Origin: Macrostomum lignano
Lineage: Eukaryota
Direction: 5' to 3'
DNA length: 64,000 nucleotides
NCBI GenBank assembly: GCA_002269645.1
Contig: NIVC01002833.1
Span: 31,539-95,538, forward strand
The notes beneath the pieces were generated by a model. That model did no database searches, had not been told where the DNA came from, and saw only the letters and a program-made list of their open reading frames with translations. Numbering within the stretch: position 1 is the stretch's first letter; every line of letters begins with the position of its first letter. Shown here in pieces: positions 21,810-36,283 of the stretch. The translations under genes were made by a program, and so were the position numbers.

Positions 21810-22270
21810 CTGTATTGCAGCTCTTCAAACCTCCTCAGACGGGATGGGCTGCTCAACCCCATTCTCAGCGATATTTATCATGCAGGCTGGGGCTTTCATG
21901 AATGGTTGCTCAGTTGCCATGGCAACACTCCTCACTTACCCAGCTTCCTGCTTCTCTCCCGCATATGCCCAGCTCCTTGTTTCTTCTGCCTCAGGTTCTT
22001 GCATTTGCACTTAATCCCAAGGCGAAGTGCTTGGCAAGATTTTTTATTCGATACTTTTCTGACTTTGTTTGAATTCTTGAGCGACTACGCTCGTAATTCT
22101 GCCTGCTACTCCAAGCAGATGAAGGCAGCTTTAAATACAGAAAAGTGCAATGACAGAAAGATGAGATGAGAATTCTTGTTTTGCCACAAGGTGAGGCAAA
22201 AGGAGAATAATAAAACTGTACCAGACTTGCGATGCTGTTTGCTTTCGCATCTGGTTGCCATGGGTAACCA
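21810..22270 (-). promoter_or_regulatory. Candidate promoter and upstream exon of the CAP gene, with two RFX X-boxes
   Basis: GTTGCCATGGCAAC at 21913-21926 and GTTGCC-ATG-GGTAAC at 22254-22268. A minus-strand donor CAG|GTAACC at 21810/21809 sits at the edge of the GATA array, and candidate acceptors lie just upstream of the ATG at 20942. Confidence 0.45.
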
Positions 22271-22499
22271 TTTCCTAGCATTGCTTGAGCAGGTAGCTGA
22301 GCAAGCAGCCTCTGTTCCCGGCTGGTCTGGCAGGTGTGAAGGAAATGATTTCTCAGAAGCTGCAGCTGCTGCTATCGCCATGGTGAAAGGAAATTTTGTC
22401 TGAGCTCGGCTGCTCCGTTGTGTCAACAAATGATTGACATTTTTAAACCCTTTCTCCTTTAGCTAGTCTTGGGTAAATAAGCCTAGCTTTTACTGCATT

Positions 22500-22535
22500 G
22501 ATTAGTTAGCTAGTTAGTTAGTTAGTTAGTTAGTC

Positions 22536-22574
<39 letters not shown>

Positions 22575-22575
22575 C

Positions 22576-22626
<51 letters not shown>

Positions 22627-22631
22627 CAGTC

Positions 22632-22714
<83 letters not shown>

Positions 22715-22731
22715 CAGTTAGTTAGTTAGTC

Positions 22732-22774
<43 letters not shown>

Positions 22775-22775
22775 C

Positions 22776-22850
<75 letters not shown>

Positions 22851-22851
22851 C

Positions 22852-22906
<55 letters not shown>

Positions 22907-22927
22907 CAGTTAGTTAGTTAGTTAGTC

Positions 22928-22970
<43 letters not shown>

Positions 22971-22976
22971 CAGTTA
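22500..22976. repeat. (TTAG)n microsatellite
   Basis: Visible directly. Confidence 0.97.
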
Positions 22977-23419
22977 CTAAGAAGGGGGCGAGCAGGAGCA
23001 GACAGGCAGCTTCTTCGCAGTGGATGTTTTTAGATGTTTTCTACCTGTCAATCAAATTCGCCATATGCGCCGCGATTCCCCCTCAGCAGACAGTTTCTTC
23101 TTGAAAGTAGAAACTGAGTTACGGAAACGCCTGGAAGGGCTTTCACTTCCCAGCTGAGCAACAGAAACTTACAAGCCTCGCCTCTGAGCTTCATCTGAGT
23201 TTTTCTTAAGTGGCTGGGCGCCCCGGCTACAATTTCTCGCGTGTTGTCAATGAAAGCGAAGTGGCCATTCTTTCGTAGAAAGTTGTACGGCGAAACAAAC
23301 AAAGTATAATTGAATAATCGACTCTACAGGGCTCTGTAACGGATTTCCATCTGCGTGTACTGCTCATAGTGCTGCATTCATTCTCTCATGAAGTAACGAA
23401 CTCTTATGAACATTATGAA

Positions 23420-24075
23420 CTCACTCATAAACTCACTCATAAACTCACTCATAAACTCACTCATAAACTCACTCATCAACTGACTCATGAACTCACTCAT
23501 AAACTCACTCATAAACTCATTCATAAACTCACTCATAAACTCACTCATGAACTGACTCATGAACTCACTCATAAACTCACCCATAAACCCACTCATAAAC
23601 TCACTCATGAACTCACTCATGAACTCACTCATAAACTCACTCATGAAGTCACTCATAAACTCACCCATAAACCCACTCATGAAATGACTCATGAACTCAC
23701 TCATAAACTCACTCATAAACTCATTCATAAACTCACTCATAAACTCACTCATGAACTGACTCATGAACTCACTCATAAACTCACCCATAAACCCACTCAT
23801 AAACTCACTCATGAACTCACTCATGAACTCACTCATAAACTCACTCATGAAGTCACTCATAAACTCACCCATAAACCCACTCATGAAATGACTCATGAAC
23901 TCACTCATAAACTCACTCATAAACTCATTCATAAACTCACTCATAAACTCACTCATGAACTGACTTATGAACTCACTCATAAACTCACCCATAAACCCAC
24001 TCATAAACTCACTCATGAAGTCACTCATAAACTCACCCATAAACCCACTCATGAACTCACTTATGAACACACTCA
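23420..24075. repeat. AACTCACTCATA/G 12-mer array with higher-order duplication; a decayed relative lies at about 24780-25200
   Basis: Visible directly; the variant block (aaatgactc ... ctcattcata) recurs 204 bp apart. Confidence 0.9.
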
Positions 24076-26534
24076 TATTAAACTCCTGTTTTTCTAACTA
24101 ATCAGGACAAACAATGCGCATTTAATTTCTTTTAGACTACTGCTGAACAGTAGCGGATTGAGCAAATTCCATTAAAAAGTAATGCTAGTAACTATCAATA
24201 TGAATAGAGAACCCGATAAAGGCTTTAGGCAACTTGAGCAAAAATTTATGCTGGTTAAACAGGTGGGCGATGTTGATGTCCTGAGGCCATTGAGGATGAT
24301 GCTGAGCTCGAGCTGCCCCATGCTCACCCGCTGTTCCTGCTAATGATAGCGATCGGTGCTGATGATAGGGACTTAAGGGTGACTCAAAATCAAAATGCAA
24401 GTTCCAATTTCATGGCGCTGGTCAAGTCAGGCGCAATCGCGAACAGACTGGGGCTCGAATTCGGAGCTCGAAATCAGAGGGGGTGCCGCCTCGAGCTTCG
24501 GAGATGAGGGGGTGGGGTGGGTGGACAACTGACCTCCCGCTGCGTGCCGCCCCCCCCCCACTGTTGTCTCCGGACTTGGTCATCTTGGTCCCTGGCGCTT
24601 CGCTGGCTGCAGATCATGGAGTAGTGCCCCAGCCTGTAATTCTCCTGAGTTCAACTCGGCCCGTCTGTCTTGGTAAAAAGGGGCAAGCAGTGTGGCGCAG
24701 ATGCTGATTAGCGATCTGAGCTGCTATCGGAATATTGAGTTGAATATCGCTTTATCAGTAAGCATATTAAACTCATTAACTAGAATTACTAATCAATCTC
24801 AGTTCACTCTCTCACTAATAAACTCACTTTCTAAATAAACTCATGAACATAAGATCATAAACTCATTAATAAAGTCACTAATGAACTCACTCATGAACTC
24901 ACTCATAAACCACATTATAAACTCACTCTTAGCCCCATTAAAAACTCCCCCATAAACCCTATTATAAACTTACTCATAAACCTAATTATAAACTCATTCT
25001 TAAGCCCCATTGCAAACTCACTCATAAACCCCATTATAAACACACTCTTAAACCATTAAAAAAATCACTCATAAACCCATTTATAAACTCACTCAAAAAC
25101 CCAACTATAAACTCACCCTTAAACTCACTCACTAACTCACTCTGATTCAAAAGCTGACTAATAAGCTCAATCATTAAGTGAGTCGTGAGCTCACTCACTC
25201 ACTCAGCAGCCGTGCCATGCCAGTCTGCCACCAGCCGCGGCAGGCAGCCCCCAAATATTCGACCCCATCGCTTCTCCCAAACTCGAATCATCATTATAGA
25301 CTTCCAGACTCGTCTCATCAAGTCTCAGCAGGCGGTCCTCGCCGCCGCGAGTCCAACGGGGGGAGGCTGGACTGGCCAGCGCGGTTTGATGAAGCTGCTC
25401 TTCGTGCGGCTTTTGATGGCCAGCTCGGGAGGAGGTCCTGGGCTCGCGTGCGACGCTGCGTCCGTCGCAAAAGCTTTCGAACTGATTTTTAAACACCTTT
25501 CTTTGGTCTGGTCCCGGTTTTTCCCCTTGTCTCTTCTTCTGCATGGTCATCGGCCGCTAACTGGGAGGCTGGGCCGCGCCGAACTGAGTTGATGAGGCTG
25601 GGGCAGATGGCGAACCTGACCCGGTTAAAAAAGTTTTTCCCAGCGGGGCGGCTGCTTCAAGGAGGCCCGTGTGGAATCTTTTCGCCAAGAAATTAGAGAG
25701 CTTCAAGTGCTCGCGACTTTGATTATGATAAAGCAGGCGCATGCAGTTTTAGAGTAGATGGGAGCATAGTAGAGTTTGATGGGGGGTCGGTGGAATCTCC
25801 CATTGATAATTATCTTTAATTTTTATCCTGTTTCTCTCCTTCACTGCCTCAAGAGCTCAAAGCCGGTATGGCTAAATTTGGAAGTCAGACTCGAAGATCA
25901 GAGAGAGGGAAGAGCAAAAGGGAGGATTCTGTGCTCCCAGGTTCCGTGGAAAATTGGCTCCATCTGGCCGCTAACAGGTTCCCTCGGCCCAGCATCCCCG
26001 GGCTCCAACACCCGCCACCGGCTGAGGACGCAGCGAGCGTTTTAAGCTCGAGCCGATGGGGAGGGAAACTCGCTCATGATTTCTGGGCTATTGCGCTAAT
26101 CACTGGAGTGGGGAGGTGGGAGAGCAAGGGCTACCTGATGAAGGCGAGGGAGCGGGAACTCACACACACACACACGCGCGCGCGCACATACATCTGCATG
26201 CTCGAGTTCACCCTGCAGTGCCTTGGCGATTTTTGGGAGATCCGAGCTGAGTCCTCGTCCATCCAACTCCTCTTCCTCCTTCTAATTACTTTAGCAGCCT
26301 TAAATCGGGCCCAAAAACCTGATGGGAATGTTGAGATTCGGCGAAAGGTCCAGAAGCACCTGGTAAAGGCTCTTGAGCGAAACCTTGCTCAGGATACACA
26401 GTCCCCGGACCAAAGTTTTTGCGGCTGGGCTGATCCACTTGGAGATCTCATCGATCCTTATGCGTGTCCAACTGTCTCTGCCGGGCGCCATGCATCAGTT
26501 TGTTGCTGCGGGACTGCACTTCTGCGTGTCTGCG

Positions 26535-27447
26535 TGTCAGTGTGCCTGTCCCAGTGTCTGTCTCAGTGTCTGTCTCAGTGTCTGTCTCAGTGCTTGTCTC
26601 AGTGTCTGTCTCAGTGCCTGTCTCAGTGTCTGTCCCAGTGTCTGTCTCAGTGTCTGTCTCAGTGTCTGTCCCAGTCTCTGTCTCAGTGTCTGTCCCAGTG
26701 TCTGTCTCAGTGTCTGTCTCAGTGTCTGTCTCAGTGTCTGTCTCAGTGTCTGTCTCAGTGTCTGTCTCAGTGTCTGCCTGTCAGTGTGTCTGTGCCAGTG
26801 TCTGTCCCAGTGCCTGTCTCAGTGTCTGTGCCAGTGTCTGTCCCAGTGTCTGTCTCAGTGTCTGCCTGTCAGTGTGTCTGTGCCAGTGTCTGTCTCAGTG
26901 TCTGTCCCAGTGTCTGTCCCAGTGTCTGCCTGTCAGTGTGTCTGTGCTAGTGTCTGTCTCAGTGTCTGTCCCAGTGTCTGTCCCAGTGTCTGTCCCAGTG
27001 TCTGTCCCAGTACCTGTCTCAGTGTCTGTCTCAGTGTCTGTCTCAGTGTCTGTCTCAGTGCCTGTCTCAGGGCCTGTCCAAGTGCCTGTCTCACTGCCTG
27101 TCTCAGTGTCTGTCTCAGTGTCTGTCTCAGTGTCTGTCTCAGTGTCTGTGTCAGTGTCTGTCTCAGTGTCTGTCTCAGTGCCTGTCTCAGTGTCTGTCTC
27201 AGTGTCTGTCTCAGTGCCTGTCTCAGGGCCTGTCCAAGTGCCTGTCTCACTGCCTGTCTCAGTGTCTGTCTCAGTGTCTGTCTCAGTGTCTGTCTCAGTG
27301 TCTGTTTCAGTGTCTGTCTCAGTGTCTGTCTCAGTGTCTGTCTCAGTGTCTGTCTCAGTGTCTGTCTCAGTGTCTGTCTCAGTGCCTGTCTCAGTGTCTG
27401 TCTCAGTGTCTGTCTCAGTGTCTGTCTCAGTGTCTGTCTCAGTGTCT
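26535..27447. repeat. TGTCTGTCTCAG 12-mer array
   Basis: Reverse complement of the 12.5-13.3 kb family. Confidence 0.95.
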
Positions 27448-28091
27448 TAAACTCCATCACAAGCATTTTCTGTATCTACGCATCCCGTTGTTATAATTTT
27501 TCTATACTCTGTTTCCCACTTGATGGGGCTTCTGTCTGCTTATTTCATAATTTTTGTATCCCATATTTTGATACAAATGCTGCCTTAAGTCTCCAGTTGC
27601 GATATGCGAGTTGATGGGGTGTCACGAGTTTTCGACTGTCAATAAAAGAACTAACAATTGCATGCGCCGCAACACCTGGCTCAGGGGATCAGGTTCGCTT
27701 GGAGACTGGCGCGTGGATGGACACAGGATGCAGCTCCACTTTCGCGTGGAGATCGAGAGGCATTTTTTTCCTAGATTTTTTTAAGTTTGAGGCTCACAGC
27801 TGGCTTTTGGCCAGCGGCATGGGGGGGTCAGGGGCCGCCATGTTTTGGTCATAAACTTTATTGAGTGCCGATTGCAAAACAGACAGATGGACAGACGGTA
27901 AGCATCAAATGTTGAGCATGATCTCCTGGCATTGTTGACACCTGGCTAAGGAATTGACGTCGGGATAGCAACTGAAAAAATAATTCCTAGAATAAAAACT
28001 GCTCTGACAAATGAATGGCTGTAAATGGTGTTGGATAATTGCCCTTAGGCTGAGAAGATTGAGTATAGAGGCGCTGGGTACGGCTCAGTAC

Positions 28092-28390
28092 GACACAGAG
28101 TGACACAGAGTGACACAGAGTGACACAGAATGACACAGAGTGACATTGGAAGACACAGAGAGTGACACAGGGATTCTTAGAGTGACGCAGGGAGTGACTC
28201 ATAGAGTGCCACAAAGAGTGACCAGAGAGTGACACAGTGATTCTTAGAGTGACACAGAGAGTGACACAGAGAGTGACACATAGAGTGACACAGAGAATGT
28301 CTCATAGAGTGACACAGAGAGTGACACAGAGAGTGACACAGAGAGTGACACAGAGAGTGACACATAGAGTGACACAGAGAGTGACACAGA
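28092..28390. repeat. GTGACACAGA(GA) 10/12-mer array
   Basis: Visible directly. Confidence 0.9.
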
Positions 28391-29240
28391 GCTGCGCAAG
28401 AAGCAGTGAAGCATCGCAAACAAACTATTCCCCATCTGGTTCGAGCAGCGTCATCGCAGTTGCTGCATCCCAATATTCGCCGTGAAAGCCAACCTGCCGA
28501 GATCCCATGAGCTAATAGCCGTGAATTTCCCTTCCATCCCATTTGCGTCCTGAGCTCGAGCAGGCTATTAGGAGGAATTGTGCGCGCTCAAAGGGAAGCG
28601 AGTGAGCCTTCTTAAGAGTCTTGAAATATTCCACTTGTTGTAATTGTTTTAGAGTCGGGACGCAGCGGGCGGTCCGTCCCATCTGCTGAAAGATTTCTCT
28701 CCAATAAACTCGTTCTGGCGGACAGCCTCACCAACACCCTCTCCGTGTTCATGCACAGTTTTATCTGGCAAACTACTGCCTGATTAACTTTGACCGCAGT
28801 GACAATAATGCATTACCGAGGTAAGATGGAATGATATAGCACACTGCTGGATCCAAACAGACAGATGTCAGAGGTCGGAGGAGTGCCACCTCAGTGCCCG
28901 CGGAGATCGAAATCTCTTCCAGTGGGCTGCTTGGCCACGGGCCTGCCCCGTCTCCGGGCTCAAAATCTGGGGCCCAATAAGGGGTTGCTCTTGATTCTAG
29001 TACTATAGAGATGGAAAAAGCAATTGAGGAAACAATTGGAATTTTGAGCAGGCTTTTAAAAATGGGATATTTTAAGATTTAGAAGATTCCTTATCAGCCA
29101 TAACGGTTGCGCAGTGCTGAGGAGTTTGGTAGTGCTGGGGTGGCAGCAACATCTGCGGAGCTGTTTGCCAAGGTCCTGTCTATGGCAGCCAGCTGGGCTC
29201 TCCTGGCTGTGCGAGAGAGGTGCCGGAGAGTGACTTGCCG

Positions 29241-29640
<400 letters not shown>

Positions 29641-30194
29641 TCAGAAAATCGAGCGACTCCGTGGTGTTTCGGCTTCTAATTCATAAACATAAATTTTTAT
29701 AACTGTCCATGAAAACAATTGAATATTTTGTTCCACAAATGAATTTATGACCCCGTCAATTATTAGAATATTTCACAATAGGATCAGGTGTTCCAAACCA
29801 AAATTTATTATCGAATGACAAAACAGGGTGCGCTCATCTGCTATGTTTCAGACTCCACATAGGCTCACCTGCTGGACTGTAGTCTCAAATTCTTGTTTGG
29901 AATTGTGAAAAAATTCTTCCCTATGAAGAGGTCGGCAATGCCATCCATTTATCTGGCTTGGGCTGGACTGACAGACTTTCATTGTTTGACTTTTTGTTCA
30001 AACACCCCCTGCTCGGACATCGGATACCCGATGGTCCTGAGATTGAAGATTTTTCTAAATTATAGAATTGAGACTGAGAGCAAAGGCGGTGCTTCCAATG
30101 GGGCCGCCACCTGTCATGGCTTAAAGCAGCTTCTGTCTGACTGACCGTCTGGTCTTCAACTGGCTGTTGTGCCCTATGGACTGACTGTCAGTTC

Positions 30195-30840
30195 TACCCG
30201 TCTATATCCGTCCCTATCCTTCTCTATCCGTCTCTATCCGTCCCTATCCGTCCCTATCCTTCTCTATCCGTCCCTATCCTTCTCTATCCGTCTCTATCCG
30301 TCCCTATCCGTCCCTATCCTTCTCTATCCGTCCCTATCCTTCTCTATCCGTCTCTATCCGTCCCTATCCGTCCCTATCCTTCTCTATCCGTCCCTATCCT
30401 TCTCTATCCGTCTCTATCCGTCCCTATCCGTCCCTATCCTTCTCTATCCGTCTCTATCCGTCCCTATCCGTTTCTATCCTTCTCTATCCGTCCCTATCCT
30501 TCTCTATCCGTCTCTATCCATCCCTATCCGTCCCTATCCTTCTCTATCCGTTTCTATCCTTCTCTATCCGTCCATATCCGTCCCTTTCCGTCTCTATCCG
30601 TTTCTATCCTTCTCTATCCGTCTCTATCCATCCCTATCCGTCTCTATCCTTCTCTATTCGTCTCTTTCTGTCTCTGTTCGACTATATCCGTCTATATCCG
30701 TCTCTATTCGTCTCTATCCGTCTCTATCTGTCACTATCTGTTACTATTCGTTTCTATTCGTCTCTATGCGTATCTATACGTCTCTATGCATCTCTATCCT
30801 TCTCTATCCGTCTTTGTCTGTCTCATGCATCTATATTCGT
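30195..30840. repeat. TCTATCCG/TCCCTATCCT pyrimidine-rich composite array, decaying rightwards
   Basis: Visible directly. Confidence 0.9.
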
Positions 30841-31694
30841 CTCCTTTAATCCGTAATTATCAATAATCCCATTTCAAACAGTTTTATGCAACCTCAATCG
30901 CTAAGCCTGCCCACCTCTTAGTTATCCTCCCGCCATCTCATCCTCATAAGCGCGTTATTTTTCAGCCATCGGGCAGGAGGCCCTCAAAACTCGGTCCCTC
31001 CTCAGCTGGGATTCCCGACCATAAACTAACCACCAACACGTGTCCGACTTCCCAGGGTAGCTGGGCAGGGGAGCTCAGCAGCCGCCTGTTCCGAAAGTGA
31101 CAGCTGCAGCCAGCGGCCTTACGTAAGTGCCATCTATTCCAGACTCTCAGCCTCATCCCAAGTGGACCGGCAGCCTCCTGAAACTACAATGACGGTGAAG
31201 CCTGGAGAAACAAGTAGAGAAAAGATGAGATTGCAGTCCACCTGAGTGTGTGCAGTTTTATTCAATTAGGAAAACATTGATCGCGGCGCTCAACTCACGC
31301 ACAGACCGGGGACTCCGCTAGCCGCTGTATCAGTCATTGTTGAACAAGGCCATCGCTGCTCTTGTCGGCGGTGAGACGCGCAGTCTGGGGAGCCGAAATC
31401 CCTGAAGTGACTCCACGCGAATTCTGAGGCTGATTAGGCTGGAAAGAGTTGCATGCGATTGCTGGTTGGTGCGCCAGGTGAGCTGATCTCACAGCTCAAC
31501 TCTAATCAGTGATGAAGCTAATGCGCCTCGATCCACTCTAATAGCGCTGTCGCCCTCCATCTGAGATCAGGCTGATAAACTGCTTCTGATAGCTGGATGC
31601 TTTTTATCTGAGCTGATGGGGCTGAGTTTTTTTGGAGAAGACCTTCTCAAGGCTTCGATAATCTCGGGTTTTCTGACAGACCTGTTCTAAGCGT

Positions 31695-32300
31695 CTCTGG
31701 CGCTCAGTGTGTCTCTGGCGCCCAGGGTGTCTCTGGCGCCCAGGGTGTCTCTGGCGCCCAGGGTGTCTCTGGCGCCCAGGGTGCCTCTGGCGCCCAGGGT
31801 GTCTCTGGCGCCCAGGGTGTCTCTGGCGCCCAGGGTGTCTCTGGCGCCCAGGGTGTCTCTGGCGCCCAGGGTGTCTCTGGCGCCCAGGGTGTCTGTGGCG
31901 CCCAGGGTGTCTCTGGCGCTCAGGGTGTCTCTGGCGCTCAGGGTGTCTCTGGCGCCCAGGGTGTCTCTGGCGCCCAGGGTGTCTCTGGCGCCCAGGGTGT
32001 CTCTGGCGCCCAGGGTGTCTCTGGCGCTCAGGGTGTCTCTGGCGCTCAGGGTGTCTCTTGTCGCCATCAGTGTCCTTGGCGCCATCAGTGTCCTTGGCAT
32101 TCTCAGTGCCCTTGGCGCTCTCAGTGTCCTTGGCGCCATCAGTGACCTTGGCGCCCTCAGTGACCTTGGCGCCTTCAGTGTCCTTGGCGCCCTCAGTGAC
32201 CTTGGCGCCTTCAGTGTCCTTGGCGCCCTCAGTGACCTTGGCGCCTTCAGTGTCCTTGGCGCCCTCAGTGACCTCGGTGCCCTCAGTGCCTCTGGCGCTC
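31695..32300. repeat. Dimorphic 18-mer array: GGCGCCCAGGGTGTCTCT block followed by GGCGCCCTCAGTGTCCTT block
   Basis: Visible directly; second copy at 33920-34630. Confidence 0.95.
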
Positions 32301-32904
32301 TTCTGATGTCTGTAACGCTTATTGCGAGTCCGCACCTCCCCCTAGCTGTTGCCATCGCCTCTCGAGCTCACCTCCTATCAAACAGCCCTCGAGGCGTCCC
32401 GGTCTCCATCAGTGAGACTTGATTGAATGTTTTTGTCACCACAAACCAATCTCAACTGAGTTTTTTGTCAGAGAGAAACCTTTGTGTCTGAAAACCCGCT
32501 TGCTTTGCTCGGAAACTCCCTCTTTAATGAGATTCCCTATTCTATTAACCAAATTCTGCAGCAATTAAAACATTCACAACAAAAAGATGAGGCGAAGTGG
32601 AAGCTGAGGCGGCTAAAATTCTTTGAATAAACGAGACTACGACTGAAAATTGAAGTGTTGAACATGATCGAAGGGCACGCCAAACTCCCTTAGCCCTGGG
32701 GGCGGTAGCGAGTTGCGGGCCTGTGGTTTGCCGGAAATCAGAGGTTGATGTTGAATCGGTAGTTCCGGGTTACTGCGGCTGTCTGTGTGGCTGCGGCTTT
32801 TCATTGTTGCATCGGCATAACAAACCATGGAAGCCTTGAGAGGCTGAATTTGAAAATTTGATAAATTATTATTCGAGGTTCAGCGTATAAATAAAATCGA
32901 GGGA

Positions 32905-33340
32905 CACTGAGAAACACAGACAGACACAGACAGACACAGGCAGACACAGGCAGACACAAACAGACACAGACAGACACAGACAGACACAGAAAAGACAGAT
33001 GCAGACAGACACGGGCAGACACAGGCAGACACAGACAGACACAGGCAGACACTGGCAGACACAAACAGACACAGGCAGACACAGACAGACACAGAAAAGA
33101 CAAATGCAGACAGACACGGGCAGACACAGGCAGACACAGGCAGACACAGGCAGACACAGGCAGACACAGGCAGACACAGGCAGACACAGGCAGACACAGG
33201 CAGACACAGATAGACACGGGCAGACACAGGCAGACACAGGCAGACACGGGCAGGCACAGGCAGACACAGGCAGACACAGGCAGACACAGGCAGACACGGG
33301 CAGACACAGGCAGACACAGGCAGACACAGGCAGACACAGA
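32905..33340. repeat. CAGACACAGG 10-mer array
   Basis: Visible directly. Confidence 0.9.
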
Positions 33341-33919
33341 GAAATGCAGTGACAACTGACCAGAAAATGGATAAAAATGGGTTTCCACTCCAGATCGTTT
33401 AGTTCTAGACGTCCTTGACCGAGGCAAAGGTGACAAATTGCCTGTTTTAGTAGACAAAGCAAAAAACTTCGACATGTGTTTTCTGATCTCCATCGTTACT
33501 TCGTGAGCGACTGTTTCTATGCGATGGTTGAGTTGAGCGGTCGCTCCTCTTTAACCCGAAGCAAAGCTCACTCACTATTCCCACCCTCAGGGGCTTACTA
33601 GGATAAATGCTGCTCACAATTTTAAATAGCTACACTTGTTTGCAGAGCTCAACTGCTTCGGTTAAAGAGGGGTCGAGAAGGGTTTTTTGGGAGCCTTTGT
33701 TGTTGCTTAGGCCGAGATTCTTAACTGTTCTGTGCGAGCGAAATTTATTGGGGAGAGCGGGAAATGTTTGATTTGGGAAGACCAAAGATTATCTTCATTT
33801 GGGGGGGATTTGCTATGGGATGCGATGCGAAGGTGGCGCATTGCTAAGGTATGTCTCGGGGTGGCAACTGGATAATATTGTGGGACAACACGGAATGTTG
33901 GGCTTTTGGTAAGGCCAGC

Positions 33920-34630
33920 ATCTGGCGCTCCGGCCTCCGGTGTCTGTGGCGCCCAGGGTGTCTCTGGCGCCCAGGGTGTCTCTTGGCGCCCAGGGTGTCT
34001 CTGGCGCCCAGGGTGTCTCTGGCGCCCAGGGTGTCTCTTGGCGCCCAGGGTGTCTCTGGCGCCCAGGGTGTCTCTGGCGCCCAGGGTGTCTCTTGTCGCC
34101 ATCAGTGTCTTGGGCGCCATCAGTTTCCTTGGCGCCCTCAGTGTCTTGGGCGCCATCAGTGTCCTTGGCGCCCTCAGTGTCTTGGGCGCCATCAGTGTCC
34201 TTGGCGCACTCAGTGTCTTGGGCGCCATCAGTGTCCTTGGCGCACTCAGTGTCTCGGGCGCCATCAGTGTCCTTGGCGCCCTCAGTGTCCTTTGCGCCCA
34301 GGGTGTCTCTGGCGCCCAGGGTGTCTCTGGCGCCCAGGGTGTCTCTGGCGCCCAGGGTGTCTCTGGCGCCCAGGGTGTCTCTGGCGCCCAGGGTGTCTCT
34401 GGCGCCCAGGGTGTCTCTGGCGCCCAGGGTGTCTCTGGCGCCCAGGGTGTCTCTGGCGCCCAGGGTGTCTCTGGCGCCCAGGGTGTCTCTGGCGCCCAGG
34501 GTGTCTCTGGCGCCCAGGGTGTCTCTGGCGCCCAGGGTGTCTCTGGCGCCCAGGGTGTCTCTGGCGCCCAGGGTGTCTCTGGCGCCCAGGGTGTCCTTTG
34601 CGCCCTCAGTGTCCTTTGCGCCCAGGGTGT
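33920..34630. repeat. Dimorphic 18-mer array, same family and orientation as 31695-32300
   Basis: Shares the A-to-B junction GTCTCTTGTCGCCATCAGTGTC. Confidence 0.95.
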
Positions 34631-35941
34631 CCCAGGAGCCTTCTGGTGTCCAGATTCCACATTTTCCTTCATAAATATAATATTTCTAACTTGTTTTTAG
34701 CTTTTAGAAAAAAGACTTCAAGCGCATGGACATCAATGCTACGAATCAGTGTCTGAATTTATTGATCAAGTCAGATATCGACACGCAGTATGTAGCTAAA
34801 AAATGTATACAAATTTTTGAACAATAAATATTCTTAATATATTATCAGTAACCAAATTTTAGAGAAATTAACTTTGATAGACTGGAGCAGAGAGGCAGAC
34901 ATGCTGGTGGGGGGGGTCAGGCAGTCAGCCTGGTTGCAAAACCCGCTGACTTCTGCTATGACGAGTCTGCGGGGATAAGAATGAAAAAAGCATTATAACT
35001 GAGGGCGGAAGCTGAGCAGAGGGTGAGGGGTGGGGGTTGATGATGAGGCTGCAAAGTTAACTTTGAGTAGGCCTAGTCCTGCTCACGATGAAAGGCAGGA
35101 GACATGGTGCGCACGCCATTCTCGCCCAGATCCCACTTGGCAACAAAAAGGCGCTTTCAAAAAAATATGAGTTAATAAAAAATAATTCATCTATCAGGCA
35201 ATTCTGGAGTCCCACCTTTATAGTCGAGAAAAAAGGGCTGGTTAAATTTGTTAATAACCTGTTTGCACGCTGGGAATAAAATTAATTTCTGTGAACAATG
35301 CTACTGGAGGAAATTTATGAGGGCTCATTTTTCGAGCTCGAATAGATTGACATTCAATTTTCCCCTGGATCAAAATCGATGTGTATAAGATAGACGGGTG
35401 AACCAGGCTAGACAAAAAAGTGATTTTAAGAGACAAAATTTCTATTCTAAAGCTTTTGTATGGAAGTTTCCGAACACTAAAAATCAAATATGCGGCCCAT
35501 TGAATTGTCCAGCATTGAGACAAGTTCTCGTCCGGCATGCGGGACCAGCAGGATTTTGGGGATTTTTGATTTGACTTCGCTTAAACAGCTCCCCAGTCGG
35601 AGCCTCAATCCAGGCCGCGGAAATCTCAGCTGGCAATGCGAATTGGTGAACTTTAAAAAAGTTGATGATGCTGTTGTTGTTGCGACAGAGCTTGGGAGCG
35701 GTCACGTGCCGCACGTGCACTGCAGAGCTTTCTGCAGCTCTCAATAAAAAAGCAGTTCATTTCTTGGTTGCAAGCCTTGGTGATTTGGACCCGCAGAATT
35801 CCGTTTTTGTTGACGCTAAACTGGGCAGAGATGAGGAGCATTGCTTCAGGAAACACATCAAGAAATCAGATAAATATTGCTTTTAAAAAGCAGAAGACAA
35901 GCACTTTTTTCTAAATGTTGAAATTAACCATCAGAATTCGA

Positions 35942-36283
<342 letters not shown>

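Noticed and set aside
22500-22976. (TTAG)n and (CCCCTCAA)n as possible interstitial telomeres
   Set aside because: Neither is TTAGGG or TTAGG; both are treated as ordinary satellites.
25868-26950. 360-aa ORF with a non-repetitive first half
   Set aside because: No recognisable domain; it passes through a CA run and ends in a satellite, and I could build no exon chain around it.
33906-34700. Collagen-like (GAQGVS)n Gly-X-Y reading frame
   Set aside because: It is an 18-bp DNA repeat with identical codons; frameshifts between blocks are tolerated, and there is no signal peptide or terminal collagen domain.
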